A stretch of DNA of 62,152 nt, the filler included, from Basidiobolus ranarum (lineage: Eukaryota): assembly GCA_040143965.1 (NCBI GenBank). It is 23 parts of 23 records of this genome, joined end to end, with 100 filler letters (N's around TTAATTAATTAA, not from the genome) between each part and the next. Parts side by side here need not be neighbours in the genome. Positions count along the whole stretch, not along the records: positions 35,255 to 37,858 come from JASJQH010010029.1; positions 37,959 to 40,561 come from JASJQH010010030.1; positions 40,662 to 43,263 come from JASJQH010010031.1; positions 43,364 to 45,963 come from JASJQH010010032.1; positions 46,064 to 48,662 come from JASJQH010010033.1; positions 48,763 to 51,361 come from JASJQH010010034.1; 17 more parts are not named here. One strand, written 5' to 3'. The position numbers and the translations under genes were made by a program. Shown piece by piece: positions 37,061 through 48,969 of the stretch. The notes below the pieces were generated by a model. It saw only the letters and a list, made by a program, of their open reading frames with translations. It was not told the DNA's origin and did not search any database. Positions within the stretch are counted from its first letter, which is position 1. Each line of letters starts with the position of its first letter.

Positions 37061-37858
37061 TTACTGAGATTCTTTTTCTCCCATGAAGCTCATATTAGAG
37101 AGGAAATCCATATTACTAAATGAGTCCACATCTAAATCGTCACCTAATCCAAGGTTCTCGTTGTCCATATTACCGAAGAAGCTAGAGAAGTCCTCATCCA
37201 TAATGAATTGATCGATATCAATAGGATTGGACGGCGCGTTTGGATCGCTACTTGCAGGTGCTGCCGAACTCATAGGCGGATTGCTGTTAGCAGTAGCGGC
37301 GGGGGTGTTTGGCATGGAAGCAGCCTAGAAACAATTGTCATCAGAAAATAATCATAAAACGCTCAAAGGGCAAGTCAACTTTTACCTGGGGTTCTCCCTT
37401 ATGTGCTTCACTGTTGGGCAGTTGCGGGCTTGATTGCGCACTTTTTGATTGACCTTCTTTAGCCTGGCCTAGTTGACTTACAGGAGCAGGTTTGTGGGGA
37501 GATTTAGGTGATGGTGTAACGCTCTTTTGAGGCTTGAAAAGTTTGGGACTTTTAGCTGCTGCTGGTGCTTTAACTGGTGAACTGGTAGTTGCCGGGTTAG
37601 CAGATGTGGCGGGCATCTGAGCACCACTGGGCGGTGGATTCGCTGTACCGGTCTGTCCATCACTTGCAGGGTTATTGGGGCCTCGTGTGTTTGTAATGTT
37701 ACCAGGTTTATTCTGGTTTACTGCTTGAGATCCTTGAGGCTGAGTTTGTGGAGATCTTTGAGGCGGCTGTTGCTGATTTGGCTGTGGGGGACGTACTTGA
37801 CCCTGTTGCTGTTGAAGTTGCAGTTGTTGCTGCTTTTGTTGCTGTTGCTGCTGTTGTT
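37061..37858 (-). CDS. 3' part of a polyQ/Pro-Ser-rich protein with an acidic-aromatic C-terminus; intron 37325-37385
   Basis: Open frame from the contig edge (QQQQ...) spliced through a 61-nt GT-AG intron into DIDQFIMDEDFSSFF...; resembles a transcription regulator, family not identified. Confidence 0.8.
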
Positions 37859-37990
37859 NNNNNNNNNNNNNNNNNNNNNNNNNNNNNNNNNNNNNNNNNN
37901 NNTTAATTAATTAANNNNNNNNNNNNNNNNNNNNNNNNNNNNNNNNNNNNNNNNNNNNAGACTGCCGCCATGCTGTAAGGGTTAGAACAC

Positions 37991-38380
37991 AGGCTCATAG
38001 CCTATTGGGAAAATATGGGCTGTTTAGAGGAACTTTAGAAAAGTGGAGTTGTGAGTAGCTTTGTTAGATAATTGTTTATTGTCCAGAAATCAAGCATTTG
38101 TACTTTTTGGTGGAAATACAGAAAACTAACACTGGGGTTTTGTTCACAACATCTGTGGGAGTAAAATGAGCTATCTTTGGGGCAATTTGGATGAGTTTGA
38201 AATTTCTAATATGGAATTGCTAATTCTCACATTATTCACATATATATATAATACATGTTCTGATTTTCAGCTAAGTGATTTTTGACTAAGTAATGTAAAC
38301 TAACTTATATGTGATATATGAAGTAGTTAGGTGTATAAAGATAGAGATAACAAATATGATAAAGACAATAAACTTCAACA
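37991..38380 (-). mobile_element. Copia 5' LTR (family A, 38003-38380) with PBS
   Basis: TGTTGAAG...CCCAATA followed by GGCTATGAGCC and an ATG context like that at 55286. Confidence 0.88.
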
Positions 38381-38384
38381 ATGT

Positions 38385-38870
38385 GATGGTATCTTGACAC
38401 TTTCATACATTTTCCCAATTTATTCAAACTTTGATCCTATCTCAAATGGCTCATTCATACTGAATTTTCCACTATATAGCCAAGTAAGTAGTATTGGAAT
38501 GTTGTTAAATAGCAAGTGCATAGTGCCTAATGGGAAGCTCTGACTCCAGCTGATCCCCTTAAGCAATATAATCTTAGGATTATGGCTAATACTAAGTTTG
38601 ATGCTGGACTGACTATTTGGTGAATTGTTATCAGTAAGCATGTTGAATCTGACTGGGCTCTTGATGATAAAATCATGGAGCTTAGTGTTGTATTTTGATA
38701 GTAGTAATGCATATGTCTGGTTGCATAAGCTCCATTGATTTAACAAAATCTACAGCAAGATAGTGTATTGTGCCCACAAAACCCTCTATGTTTACTAATG
38801 GCAGGAGTGTCACAAATACAGAAAATGATATTAGCTTTTAGAAAATAATCACACATCTGTACCCCATTAG
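38385..38870 (-). pseudogene. CACTA/CMC transposase fragment
   Basis: KGISWSQSFPLGTMHLLFNNIP...EPFEIGSKFE. Confidence 0.8.
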
Positions 38871-38872
38871 AT

Positions 38873-40198
38873 TATTAAAGTTAGCATTGCCTGAACTCTA
38901 ATATAGTCATAGATAGCCTAGTACCAAGTTATCTTAAAATTCACTAAGATATTACCCATTACTCACAATTGGAATTTACTTCAAATATTTTTATTAACTT
39001 AGAAGTTCTCAGATATATAGATTTTTCAAACTAGTCCTAGAAGCCCCAAACTTTGCACACATGTTCCTGAGAGCTTTCTTAATACATTCTATTCACTAGT
39101 TTGCTTATATCTTGACAAAAATATAAATGTCAACTTTCTACTCAATAAATGAATAAGTGAAAACCACCAATTCCTCTAATTATCCAAACCACTTCCAACA
39201 GCCTCCCTTATACTTTAACAGGTAGTGATCCCCAAGCATGCACTATCTATTATGTCTACATCTCAAATATATTGAACTTTTCCCTCTTCTGAAAAGTTGG
39301 ATGGAACTAATTATCAAGTTTGGAAAATGAAAATGATGCTGCAAGAAAAAGGACTTTGGGACACTGTTGTAGGGGAAGAAGACAATGCAAAACTATCTGA
39401 AACCAAAGTTTTACTCCAGGTTAAAAAAGAACAAAGTGCCTTTAACACAATTTGTCTTTATATTAAGGACAAATTTCTAATTCAATGTCCAAGAGCTTAA
39501 ACTACCAAGAAGGTATGTAAAGGCTTGGAAAACACATACCAAACAAGTTCTGCTGCCAACAAGATGTTTCTAAGAAGACAATTATTTAATTTAAAGATGA
39601 AGCCAGGAGAAAATATTGAGTCACTAATTAGTAGTGTCACTATTTTAGTTGATGAAATGGAGTGCATTGGAGTACCTACCACTGATCAATATACAATAGT
39701 TGCAGTCATGAATAGCCTGCCACACAAGTTTCAGAGTCTAGTAATGGCTCTAGATTCAAGAACTGAAAATTTGACCTCAAATATGTATTTCACAGACTTC
39801 TGGATGAAGATTTATGCAAATCAGAATCCAACCAAAAGAATAAAGAAAATGCCTTAATAGGAATGGGAAACCTTCCTATAAAGGTCAACAGCACTTTAAG
39901 AAGAAAAGCAACATATTAAGTGATTATTGTAAAAGAACTGGCCATTTAAGCAAAGATTGCTTTAAAAGAATTGAAAAAGAATAAAGATATACTGAATCTG
40001 GAAATATGGTTACAGCAGAAGATCACTTGTTCATATCTGCTCTATCTCTGACTACTAACAAGAATTCTCAGACATGGCATATTGATTCTGGAGCCTCCCA
40101 ACATTGCACATATGAAAAACATTGGTTAGTGGATTATGAAGAAATCCTAATTAGAAAGATATTCATAGAGGATGACCACACATTGGATGCATTGGAAT
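38873..40198 (+). mobile_element. Copia family C 5' LTR (38873-39220) plus decayed gag-protease
   Basis: KLDGTNYQVWK.KM, FLRRQLFNLKM, CKRTGH..QDC knuckle and WHIDSGAS; cut by a CMC end at 40199. Confidence 0.9.
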
Positions 40199-40237
40199 CC
40201 CTAACAAAAATAAAATTGATTTGATCTGCATTGGATC
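40199..40237 (+). mobile_element. CACTA/CMC end 'L' truncated by an LTR-A insertion
   Basis: CCCTAACAAAAATAAAATTGATTTGATC. Confidence 0.75.
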
Positions 40238-40561
40238 TATTGGGAAAATATGGGCTGTTTGGAGGAACTTCAGAAAAGTGGAGTTGTGAATAGCTTTGTG
40301 AGATAATTATTTATTGTCCAGAAATAAAGCATTTATACTTTTTGATGGAAATACAGAAAACTAACACTGGGGTTTTGTTCACAACATCTGTGGGAGTAAA
40401 ATGAGCTATCTTTGGGGCAATTTGGACAAGTTTTAAATTTCCAATATGGCATTGCTAATTCTCACATTATTCACATATATATATAATATATGTTCTGATT
40501 TTCAGCTAAGTGATATTTGACTAAGTAATGTTAACTAACTTATATGTGATATATGAAATAG
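40238..40561 (-). mobile_element. Copia LTR (family A), partial
   Basis: Near-identical to 38003-38330. Confidence 0.88.
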
Positions 40562-40681
40562 NNNNNNNNNNNNNNNNNNNNNNNNNNNNNNNNNNNNNNN
40601 NNNNNTTAATTAATTAANNNNNNNNNNNNNNNNNNNNNNNNNNNNNNNNNNNNNNNNNNNNAGTTGACTGGGAGTGTGAAA

Positions 40682-41059
40682 TGTTGAAGTTTATTGTCTC
40701 TGTCATCTTTGTCGCCTCTATCTTTATACACCTAACTATCTCATATATCACATATAAGTTGGTTAACATTACTCAGTCAAATATCACTTAGCTGAAAATT
40801 GGAACATATATTATACATATATGTGAATAATGTGAGAATTAGCAATTCCATATTGGAAATTTCAAACTCATCCAAATTGCCCCAATAATAGCTCATTTTA
40901 CTCCCACAGATATTCTAAACACAACCCCATTGTTAGCTCTCTGTATTTCCACCAAAAAGTATAAATACTTTATTTCTGGACAATAAACAATTATCTCACA
41001 AAGCTATTCACAACTCCACCTTTCTAATGTTCCTCCAAACAGCCTATATTTTCACAATA
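40682..41059 (+). mobile_element. Copia LTR (family A), full length 378 bp
   Basis: TGTTGAAG...CACAATA, abutting an LTR-B remnant (41060-41170). Confidence 0.88.
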
Positions 41060-41220
41060 GGTTTCATTGAATGTTCCAAAGAACATCACTTCCATATAAT
41101 GATGTCAGCATCTAATAATAGAAGAGTTCTATTTGCAGTGGTTCAGTATGCCAAGATCAGAACCATGACAAATAGTAATCTTGTTTTGGGAAGAAGACTC
41201 CAATTCACTCACTGCTACCA

Positions 41221-41536
41221 TGTTGGAGGATCTTGACATAATGGGGGTAAACTTTGTGTATTAGAAGCAACTTATGATAATGTGTTTTAGTTACTTTATT
41301 CTTAAGAGTATATGGTGACTTATATAGTAGAACAGTAAATCAATTGTATGAGATATTCAGGAGTTTGTGTATAAAGATATGATATATAAGTGGGTTATTA
41401 TGACATACTTGTTATATAGATATAGAGATATTCCTAGTTAGAATATAGGGGCTATATATGCATTGCTTTCTGTTTCTAATGTATGTATCATAACTAAAGT
41501 TAACTATGATGTTGAATAAAGATTAATTATCCAACA
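41221..41536 (-). mobile_element. LTR (family E)
   Basis: TGTTGGA...TCCAACA inverted ends; homologous to 18555-18870. Confidence 0.85.
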
Positions 41537-41671
41537 AATTAACAAGCCAAGAACTATTTTAAGCAACAATGAAGCAATACTCAACTTACCATCAAAACCA
41601 TCAACTCTCAAAATACCTACTTCACTAATTACAGAATACCTCTCCATATACAACTTTGAGAGAATCATTAC

Positions 41672-41780
41672 CCCTAACAAAAATAAAATCATTTGATCCA
41701 GATTTGATCCACCCTTCTTGATTGCAAAACAGTCTGAGAACTGTCACAATATTGGTGGCTTGCGTTCTGCCAGGGATTCT
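41672..41780 (+). mobile_element. CACTA/CMC end 'L'
   Basis: CCCTAACAAAAATAAAATCATTTGATCC. Confidence 0.8.
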
Positions 41781-41781
41781 G

Positions 41782-42505
41782 TGTTAAAGTATTTGGGAGC
41801 CTATTGGAAGTGGTTTGGAGAATTAGAGGAATTGGTGGTTTTCACTTATTGATTGGACTTGTTCTCTGTGACAGTGCCAAATTGTGCTATTTATATCATA
41901 CTGAATAAAGTATTCTAAACTTTATGCAGCATAATTTGGCACTATCTAGCACCATCTGGCATGATCAACTTCTATCACATTTACTCTAATATATTGATCT
42001 AAGGTCCAATAAATCCTGGCACAATGGAACAAGTCCATTTTTTAAGTAGAAAGTTGACATTTATAGTTTTGCCAAGATGTAAACAAACTAATGTGTAGAA
42101 TGTGTTAAGGAAGGTGTCAGGAACATGTGTGCAGAGTTTGGGGCTTCTAGCATAAGTTTGAAAAATTTCTGTATCTGAGAACTTCCAAGTTGGTAAAAAA
42201 TATTCCAAGTATATTCCCATTGAGAATAATAGTTGACATCTCAATCAGTTATAAGATAACTCAGTACTAAGCTATATATGACTATATAGGTTCTTAGGCA
42301 ATGCTAATTTTAACACTCTCCCTCAACTAAATAGTCATATAAACTAATCCTCACAATGGTCTAACTTTCACAAATTTCTGTCGAGCTAATGGTTTGGGTA
42401 ATATATCAGCAATCATGTCTTCAATAGAACACTAAGTTAAGTCAGTAAACCTATTCTCAATAGTCTTTCTAATGAAGTAATGCTTAATATCCATATGTTT
42501 GCTAC
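41782..42505 (-). mobile_element. Copia family C 3' end: RNase H, PPT and 3' LTR (41782-42315)
   Basis: KHMDIKHYFIR...EDMIADILPKPL, then TGAGGGAGAG immediately before TGTTAAAATTAGC. Confidence 0.88.
41855..42036. mobile_element. 182-bp MITE (inverted relative to the 25840 copy) with ATT TSD
   Basis: GGACTTGTTC...GAACAAGTCC flanked by ATT/ATT; interrupts LTR-C relative to uninterrupted copies such as 35255-35561. Confidence 0.9.
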
Positions 42506-42510
42506 TATTT

Positions 42511-43263
42511 CCCTGACAGAAATATGAGGATTGTTATTGTGGGAAAACTGTCACAATTTTAATCCATTTGGGATTGAACATTTACATACCATCATAAAAT
42601 CACCAAGTTAGATTTGATTTTAATCAACTTTTTCAGTTTCACGAGTGAAATTTGAAGATCTTGCAAAATAGTTGTGCATGATTGGCTAAAATCTCAGAGA
42701 ACTATGGATCAACACATGTGCAAAAAATGTAACTCAATTTTACACAATTACCACTTCAATGCTAATTTATTACATTTGAAATCCCTAGTCTCTTTGATAT
42801 ATTCTCCTGAATGTTTTTATAGAGTTCTTCATACCCAAGGTTTAGCTCATACCCAACACAAGTTTGGGTCAATATCTCAATCAAAGCCCACCATTGTATT
42901 AATGTTGCTGATTCAACATTCTTCCAGCTATCTGGTGGATACCCTGCAATATTGTGCCAATCTGTATTAAGTTCTTCCCAGATATCTGCATGATCAACAC
43001 CAGACGGAATGTCAAGTTGAATGTTCTTCTTCTGAAGCCACTTTCTGCATATGTGCACTGCATTTTCCCTTCATACTTTTGGAAATACTCCTCAAGCACT
43101 TTGACTACTTTTGTACATCCTTGTAGTGGGACACTACTGAGGGTGCTTTGCAGTGTTTGTGTGGCTTTTTGCTTGCCTTTACCTTTGGGACTAATTTCAA
43201 CACTTTGAAAAGTACCAGTTGAGGTTGGAGAGCTGTGAGTTTTATTTGCTGGTGTTTTGGCTT
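42511..43263 (-). mobile_element. CACTA/CMC end 'R' plus ORF2 3' part
   Basis: CCCTGACAGAAAT terminus; CRKWLQKKNIQLDIPSGVDHADIWEELNTDWHNIAGYPPDSWKNV. Confidence 0.8.
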
Positions 43264-43363
43264 NNNNNNNNNNNNNNNNNNNNNNNNNNNNNNNNNNNNN
43301 NNNNNNNTTAATTAATTAANNNNNNNNNNNNNNNNNNNNNNNNNNNNNNNNNNNNNNNNNNNN

Positions 43364-43742
43364 CGGACCTACTAATATTGGAGCCTGCCACGGTATCATT
43401 CTTACTGCTTAGTCTATTGCTGGTGTCGGAGGTGGATTAGTCTTTACTGCCGTGTTTCAATCACTTAAAGACACACACGGTCCCAAGAGCCCAGTTCTCT
43501 ACTCCACAAACGTGTATTGGATCTTGGCATTTGTGGTGGTTGGACTAATCCTGTGCTACTTTGTACATGTTACCATTCAAGATTGCCTATTCCCCGCTGT
43601 TCCAGGGCAAATCATTTGTTTTCGAGCATTTGGCAAGATCGTGCGCCTTGTCGAAGGAAAAAATGGGATGAGATTCGAAAAGTGGAGCAGAGAACAGGAA
43701 CATGCCGAATGGACACAATACTTGAATCAACGCTCTTCTTAA
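43364..43742 (+). pseudogene. C-terminal part of an MFS oxalate/formate-antiporter (OFA)-like transporter with an in-frame TAG
   Basis: GPTNIGACHGIILTA*SIAGVGGGLVF matches the OFA motif G..HG..LTAWS.AG, followed by a final TM helix; TAG at 43410-43412. Confidence 0.7.
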
Positions 43743-44598
43743 TAACATAGCCCTTAGATAATTTGTATTTATCGCAGTTCTATCCAGCTCCACATCAATC
43801 CTATCCATTAACCACTACTTAAGGTTCTTTTTGACATATTCTTTTTGCATCTAAATAATATCCTCAACTTTTTTGAAGATTGGAAATTATATATTTTGGC
43901 AGATTTATTCACCTATTAGTGATTAATTCACATATTTTTTTAATTTCTAGCCATATTAATTTTGAAATATCTATAATTATTACTAAAATATGCAGTTGTT
44001 CTGTAACGTAGCATGTAAACATGCAACTGTCCTGTAAAGTATCGCTTCCTTTGATGTATCAAGCATGGTTAAGGTGTTTATATAGTCAATGAAGCCTAAA
44101 TTAGATATTTCCTCGGCGTTCATAAATGGGCTGCTGTCGAGTTATTAGATGCTGCTCTGGTCAAAACAAAAATAAAAATATGTGGCATACTACAGCAAAT
44201 AACAAGCTTACAATGATGTCTGACAGTGAAGGAGATGCTTACTCTTTGATCCTTTCTCTTCATCCTTACCAGCAACAACATCCAGGAACTTAACCTCCAG
44301 TTAGACATTTGGAATAGTATACGCTAAATAACATGCGTTTCTCATACTCTCATCACACTTGTATTGAATAACTGTAGAAATACCGCAGTTTGGGCCTTTT
44401 TAAGCAAGTATGATTTCTCGCGTAGAGATGTTTTGTTAGAAGCATTAATCCACTATATTTATTACTTCTTGTGGCGCTGGATTGTTAAAGCAGTATCATA
44501 AGCGTTTCTACTGCTGTATGGGCTATAATCCTCGCAGTTTACACAAACTAAGAATTCCAAAGTGTTTCTTTTTAAATATTGAAAGCGTTTGTTACAGT

Positions 44599-45963
44599 TT
44601 ACTGACCAATACACGCCAATAATAAGGCACGATAATCTCCACTAGTCTCCCCATGAACACGCTTGTACAATGACTTGCCATATTTGCGTTGGTATGCTTG
44701 CTTTACGTGTGGCATACGGCTTGGATGTCTGTAGCGTAGAGTCATTCGTGATAGCTTTCGCTCACGTGTTCCCAAGCCCCGCATAGAATTCTCAAATTGA
44801 TCAGCAGCCCATTCATACTGATTTTGGATATATCCAACAACACTAAGTAAGCCACGTTCGATATCTCCGGAGAACTCACTTTTGATCACTTTTTGAATGG
44901 GCTTTCCGTACTTGGCTTGATACTGATTGAAGACTTGGATCAGATGTACATTTGATCTTGTACAAATAACAGAGATGAATACTGCCTCGTCAGTCCCAAG
45001 TCTTTTTTCACCAGCACGGTACAAAGCCTCAACATCTGCACTAGTATCATAGATTTGTTGGGATTCGTCACGTCCGCCCTACAACGTGAAATAAAAGTTG
45101 AAATGATTGCTTCCTCAAACACGATGAGAATAATACTGACTTGGAGTAGAGCAACCAGAAGTCTCTTGAAATCGCGACTTGTATCACTAACAATCTCGCG
45201 TTCCATGTCTCGATTGTACATGTATCTATAACACTGCTTTAAAGAATGCATCTCGGAATTAGTACGTCCAACAAGAAGTTCAATTAGTGCATCTTCGTCA
45301 GTTCCTAGCCCTGCGATACTCTCATGGATACATTTGGTTTCAAACTCTATTTGAGGATACGCAAATCCTTGTAGCAAATAACCAAAATCCCCAGAAGTTT
45401 CACTACGAAATGCATCTGCTAAGGACTTGCCATAGTTGGCTTTGTACGCTTGTGACAAAGTGGCAATTTGTTCAGGTGTACGTTGAGAGACAATTTGGAT
45501 AATGGCTTTTTCATCAGTTCTGCGAAGATGCTAGTCAATAAAGATCAATTCGATTGAATAAAACAAGTGTCTTTTGTCTTACCCGAATCCCTTCATGGCA
45601 CTCCTTAAGGCTTGAGCATCTTGATTCGCTTGCTGGGCAGTGTACGAGACGCCTGGTGAAGGTCCTCCATAAGGATTTCCGCCATAGTGAGTTCCTTGAT
45701 GCATAGGACCTCCTGGAGGAGCGCTTTGTTGAGGGGGTCTCGAGTAGTTAGTGGAGTTAGGTGCAGGTTGACCATATGCAGGACCCGGAGGGCCATAAGG
45801 TGAATTTGAGGGGTACTGCGTTGGAGGTTGGGCTGTATTACCCGAGTACGGAGGAGCCATCGGAAAACCACCCACATTCTGAGTAGGTGGTGGATAATGC
45901 TCATGAGATCCAGTAGGTGGACCAGTTGGTGGATGATATGAACTGTTATTTCCCGGATAATTA
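44599..45963 (-). CDS. Annexin (A7-like, Pro/Gly/Tyr-rich N-terminus), 5'-truncated; introns 45520-45582 and 45079-45140
   Basis: Four annexin repeats: MKGFGTDE, AGLGTDE, EKRLGTDE, MRGLGTRE, with ETSGDF/Y closers; GT-AG introns of 63 and 62 nt keep frame. Confidence 0.95.
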
Positions 45964-46063
45964 NNNNNNNNNNNNNNNNNNNNNNNNNNNNNNNNNNNNN
46001 NNNNNNNTTAATTAATTAANNNNNNNNNNNNNNNNNNNNNNNNNNNNNNNNNNNNNNNNNNNN

Positions 46064-47235
46064 AGTGGCAATGGTGAATCCAATAGTAATCCGTGTGATA
46101 GGGCCAAGACGTCATCCCATTCTTCTCAAGATTGGAAAGATAACTGTATCAAAAATAGGGATAGCAAGCACTAAGACCAGACTGTTGACAAGATTAAGCT
46201 GTTCAGGGCCACTGATGAAGGAGGGACGTTGCATAGTAAGACCCATGTTGATGAAGTTATCCGACATGTTGTAAAATAAAGCCCAGTAAAAGGGATAGAA
46301 CAAGAATACCAAGGATGCGTGTAGAGTTTTCTTTAGATCCTCCACAAAGGCATCATTCCACTCAAATCCATCGACTTTGGCATAATCTAACCAATGCTCA
46401 ATAGGACCATTGGTTTTGGAATTGTCTAGAGGCGCCTTGCGATGGGAAAGTGCGCATCTGGTGCTTGTGTAGGTTTTGGAGAGTACGGTACCGGAAGGAG
46501 GCTTAACATAGTAAAATTTCTTGGCTGAAATGAAGATACCCAGTCCCAATAAAAATATGATAGCTGGAAGAGAGAAAGCAAGAGGGTAAGACCCATAGTT
46601 GTTGGCCACAATTAGACAGATGAACTGGCCCAATAAAGCCCTAAGGTTGATGGCCCAGTAGAAGAATCTAAAGATTTGCTCGACTGTTAGTTGAGAGTCA
46701 ACATAAACACCGAGAGTTTTAATGGCAAAAAGGCCTTCCTTCATTTTCTCTGCAGCAAAGGACGAAACATTGGATTTGATGCCACCAGTACAACGGAAAT
46801 TAATACATATAGAGCAAGGATGTGGCCGATTACTCCAAAACTTCCATCAAGGGAAGCAGGAAGCGCACTGAGAGCTAAGATGATCAAATCAATCATGTAA
46901 AAGATCAAGAATATGACGATAGTTTTAAATTCTCACTAGTATCTGTTAGCAATGATGGCACCAAGAATGGTGGTAAAATATGCCATGAGCTGGAAGCCTC
47001 TGGTTACGGCTGTGGCGGTACCTTTGCTAAATCAAAGCATCTTTAGCATGTAGGGATGGAATAGGAGAGATGCTCCGTAAAACGCAAAGCGCTCACATAA
47101 TTCAATGACAATGATAAACCAAGCAGCAATACGAATTTTTCCAGCTACGGGTAGTTTAATGTTTTCAGGCGAAGGTTGTTCCGCTGCTTCATAATATACT
47201 TCTGTGTCCTGCTGAATCTTTTTTTCTTCACTCAT
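46064..47235 (-). pseudogene. PTR2: POT/PTR2 peptide transporter pseudogene, 3'-truncated
   Basis: ELCERFAFYG, TGGIKSNVSSF and FFYWAINL motifs; stops at 47032-47034 and 46933-46938; frameshift near 46791; no introns seen. Confidence 0.9.
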
Positions 47236-47529
47236 AGTGGGCTGTGTATTGATAGCCAAAGGGATTAAAACATAACCAATATAAACAAGTACTAAATTTC
47301 ATTTGTGCCCATGATTGTTCTTTTATGGAGCAAATACCCATACAGGATTGATTAAGAATGAGAAAATTATGCAAAAATGGGTAATGAATTGGTGGATTAG
47401 TGGTAAAATATCTTTCTTATTTGAGCAATCTGATCAAAATATTTATCAACTGGCTCTTAATTGTTCATGATTCTTGGGAAGAATCAAAATTTTTGTGGTT
47501 ATAACAACCATTACCATAATTACAATTTA

Positions 47530-48548
47530 CCTGAAGTCAGGTACGGTTTGCACACAATTGACAATCATTGAATCCAGTAAAATCATACATATTTGGAATA
47601 TTTGGCATATATACCATTGATTCCTTATCTCAAAGTTTTGATGAAATCACCCAAATATAGATCATTGATCCAATACCAAAGTACTCACCATAAATCTGAT
47701 GCTATTACCAATATACTTGATGGACATCACCACCAGAATCTGAAAAGTCAAGGTTTCTTTAAGTACACATATGATCATTTGTATTGGCTCTTGATGGTTA
47801 CTCACTAAACAAATATACTGTTGAAAAGGCTTGCTGGCCAATAAATTTAATTAAATTCAATCTAATTCCTTCTAAATGGTATAAGAGTCATAATATTTTC
47901 ATACTATCTACCATATCTTGACCTAAATCACCAGAGCTTATATATAGTTTCTTAAAGCCTTTGATTATGGAATTTGAATGGTTGTCAAATGGGGTTTGAA
48001 AGGGTGATTATTTTTTTAAAGCAAATATCATTGTATGTATTGGTGACACTCTTGCCATCAATAAGCTTGGAGTATTTTGTGGACACATTACACTATCTTG
48101 CTGTATATTTTGTTAGATCAACAGAGTTTACTCTACCAGCCATATACATTACCATTATCCAAACATAATACTAAACTCCATGATTTTATCATTAAGAGCC
48201 TGGACACATTTGAACATGCACACTGATATCAATTCACCAAACAGTCAGTCTAATATCAAACTCTAGATAGCTGTAGGCCTAAGATTAACATTGTTACAGA
48301 GGATCAGCTGGAGCCAAACCTTCCCTTTAGGCACTATGCACTTACTATTTAGCAACATTCCAATACTACTAACTTTGCTATATAATGCAAAACTCAATCT
48401 GTATGAGCCATATGAGACAGGATCAAAGTTTAAATTGATTGCAAAAATGATTGAAAATGTCTATATAACATCATATTTTACTAGAACTCCCATCAATATC
48501 CACTCATTAAGGCATATACTTATATAAACAGACTGGAAATATTGCATT
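47530..48548 (+). pseudogene. CACTA/CMC transposase remnant
   Basis: YLAYIPLIPYLKVLMKSP, NILDGHHHQNLKSQGFF, FPLGTMHLLFSNIP. Confidence 0.85.
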
Positions 48549-48662
48549 TATTGAGAAAATATGGGCTGTTTGGAGGAACTTTAGAAAAGTGGAGTTGTGA
48601 ATAGCTTTGTGAGATAATTATTTATTGTCCAGAAATAAAGCATTTATAGATTTTGGTGGAAA
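48549..48662 (-). mobile_element. Partial Copia LTR (family A)
   Basis: AAAATATGGGCTGTTTGGAGGAACTTTAG. Confidence 0.85.
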
Positions 48663-48969
48663 NNNNNNNNNNNNNNNNNNNNNNNNNNNNNNNNNNNNNN
48701 NNNNNNTTAATTAATTAANNNNNNNNNNNNNNNNNNNNNNNNNNNNNNNNNNNNNNNNNNNNTTCCCATTAGGCACTATGCACTGACTATTCAACAACAT
48801 TTGAATACTACTTACTCAGCCATATAGTGGAAAATTCAATATGAATGAGCCATTCAAGATAGGATCAAAGTTTGAAACAATTGGGAAAATGCTTGAAAAC
48901 ATCAAAATACCATCATATTTTACCAGGACTCCCATCAATATCCACTTATCTAGGCATTTATTAATAAGA

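Noticed and set aside
37725..37910. Poly-Leu ORF on the plus strand
   Set aside because: Antisense of the polyQ tract.
2718..45963. Metacaspase, annexin and HSF as a cell-death or stress gene cluster
   Set aside because: They lie on different unlinked contigs.
46933..47034. In-frame stops as evidence of an alternative genetic code
   Set aside because: The same gene has a frameshift, and intact genes here end normally at TAG (metacaspase), TAA (MDH, annexin) and TGA (secreted peptide).
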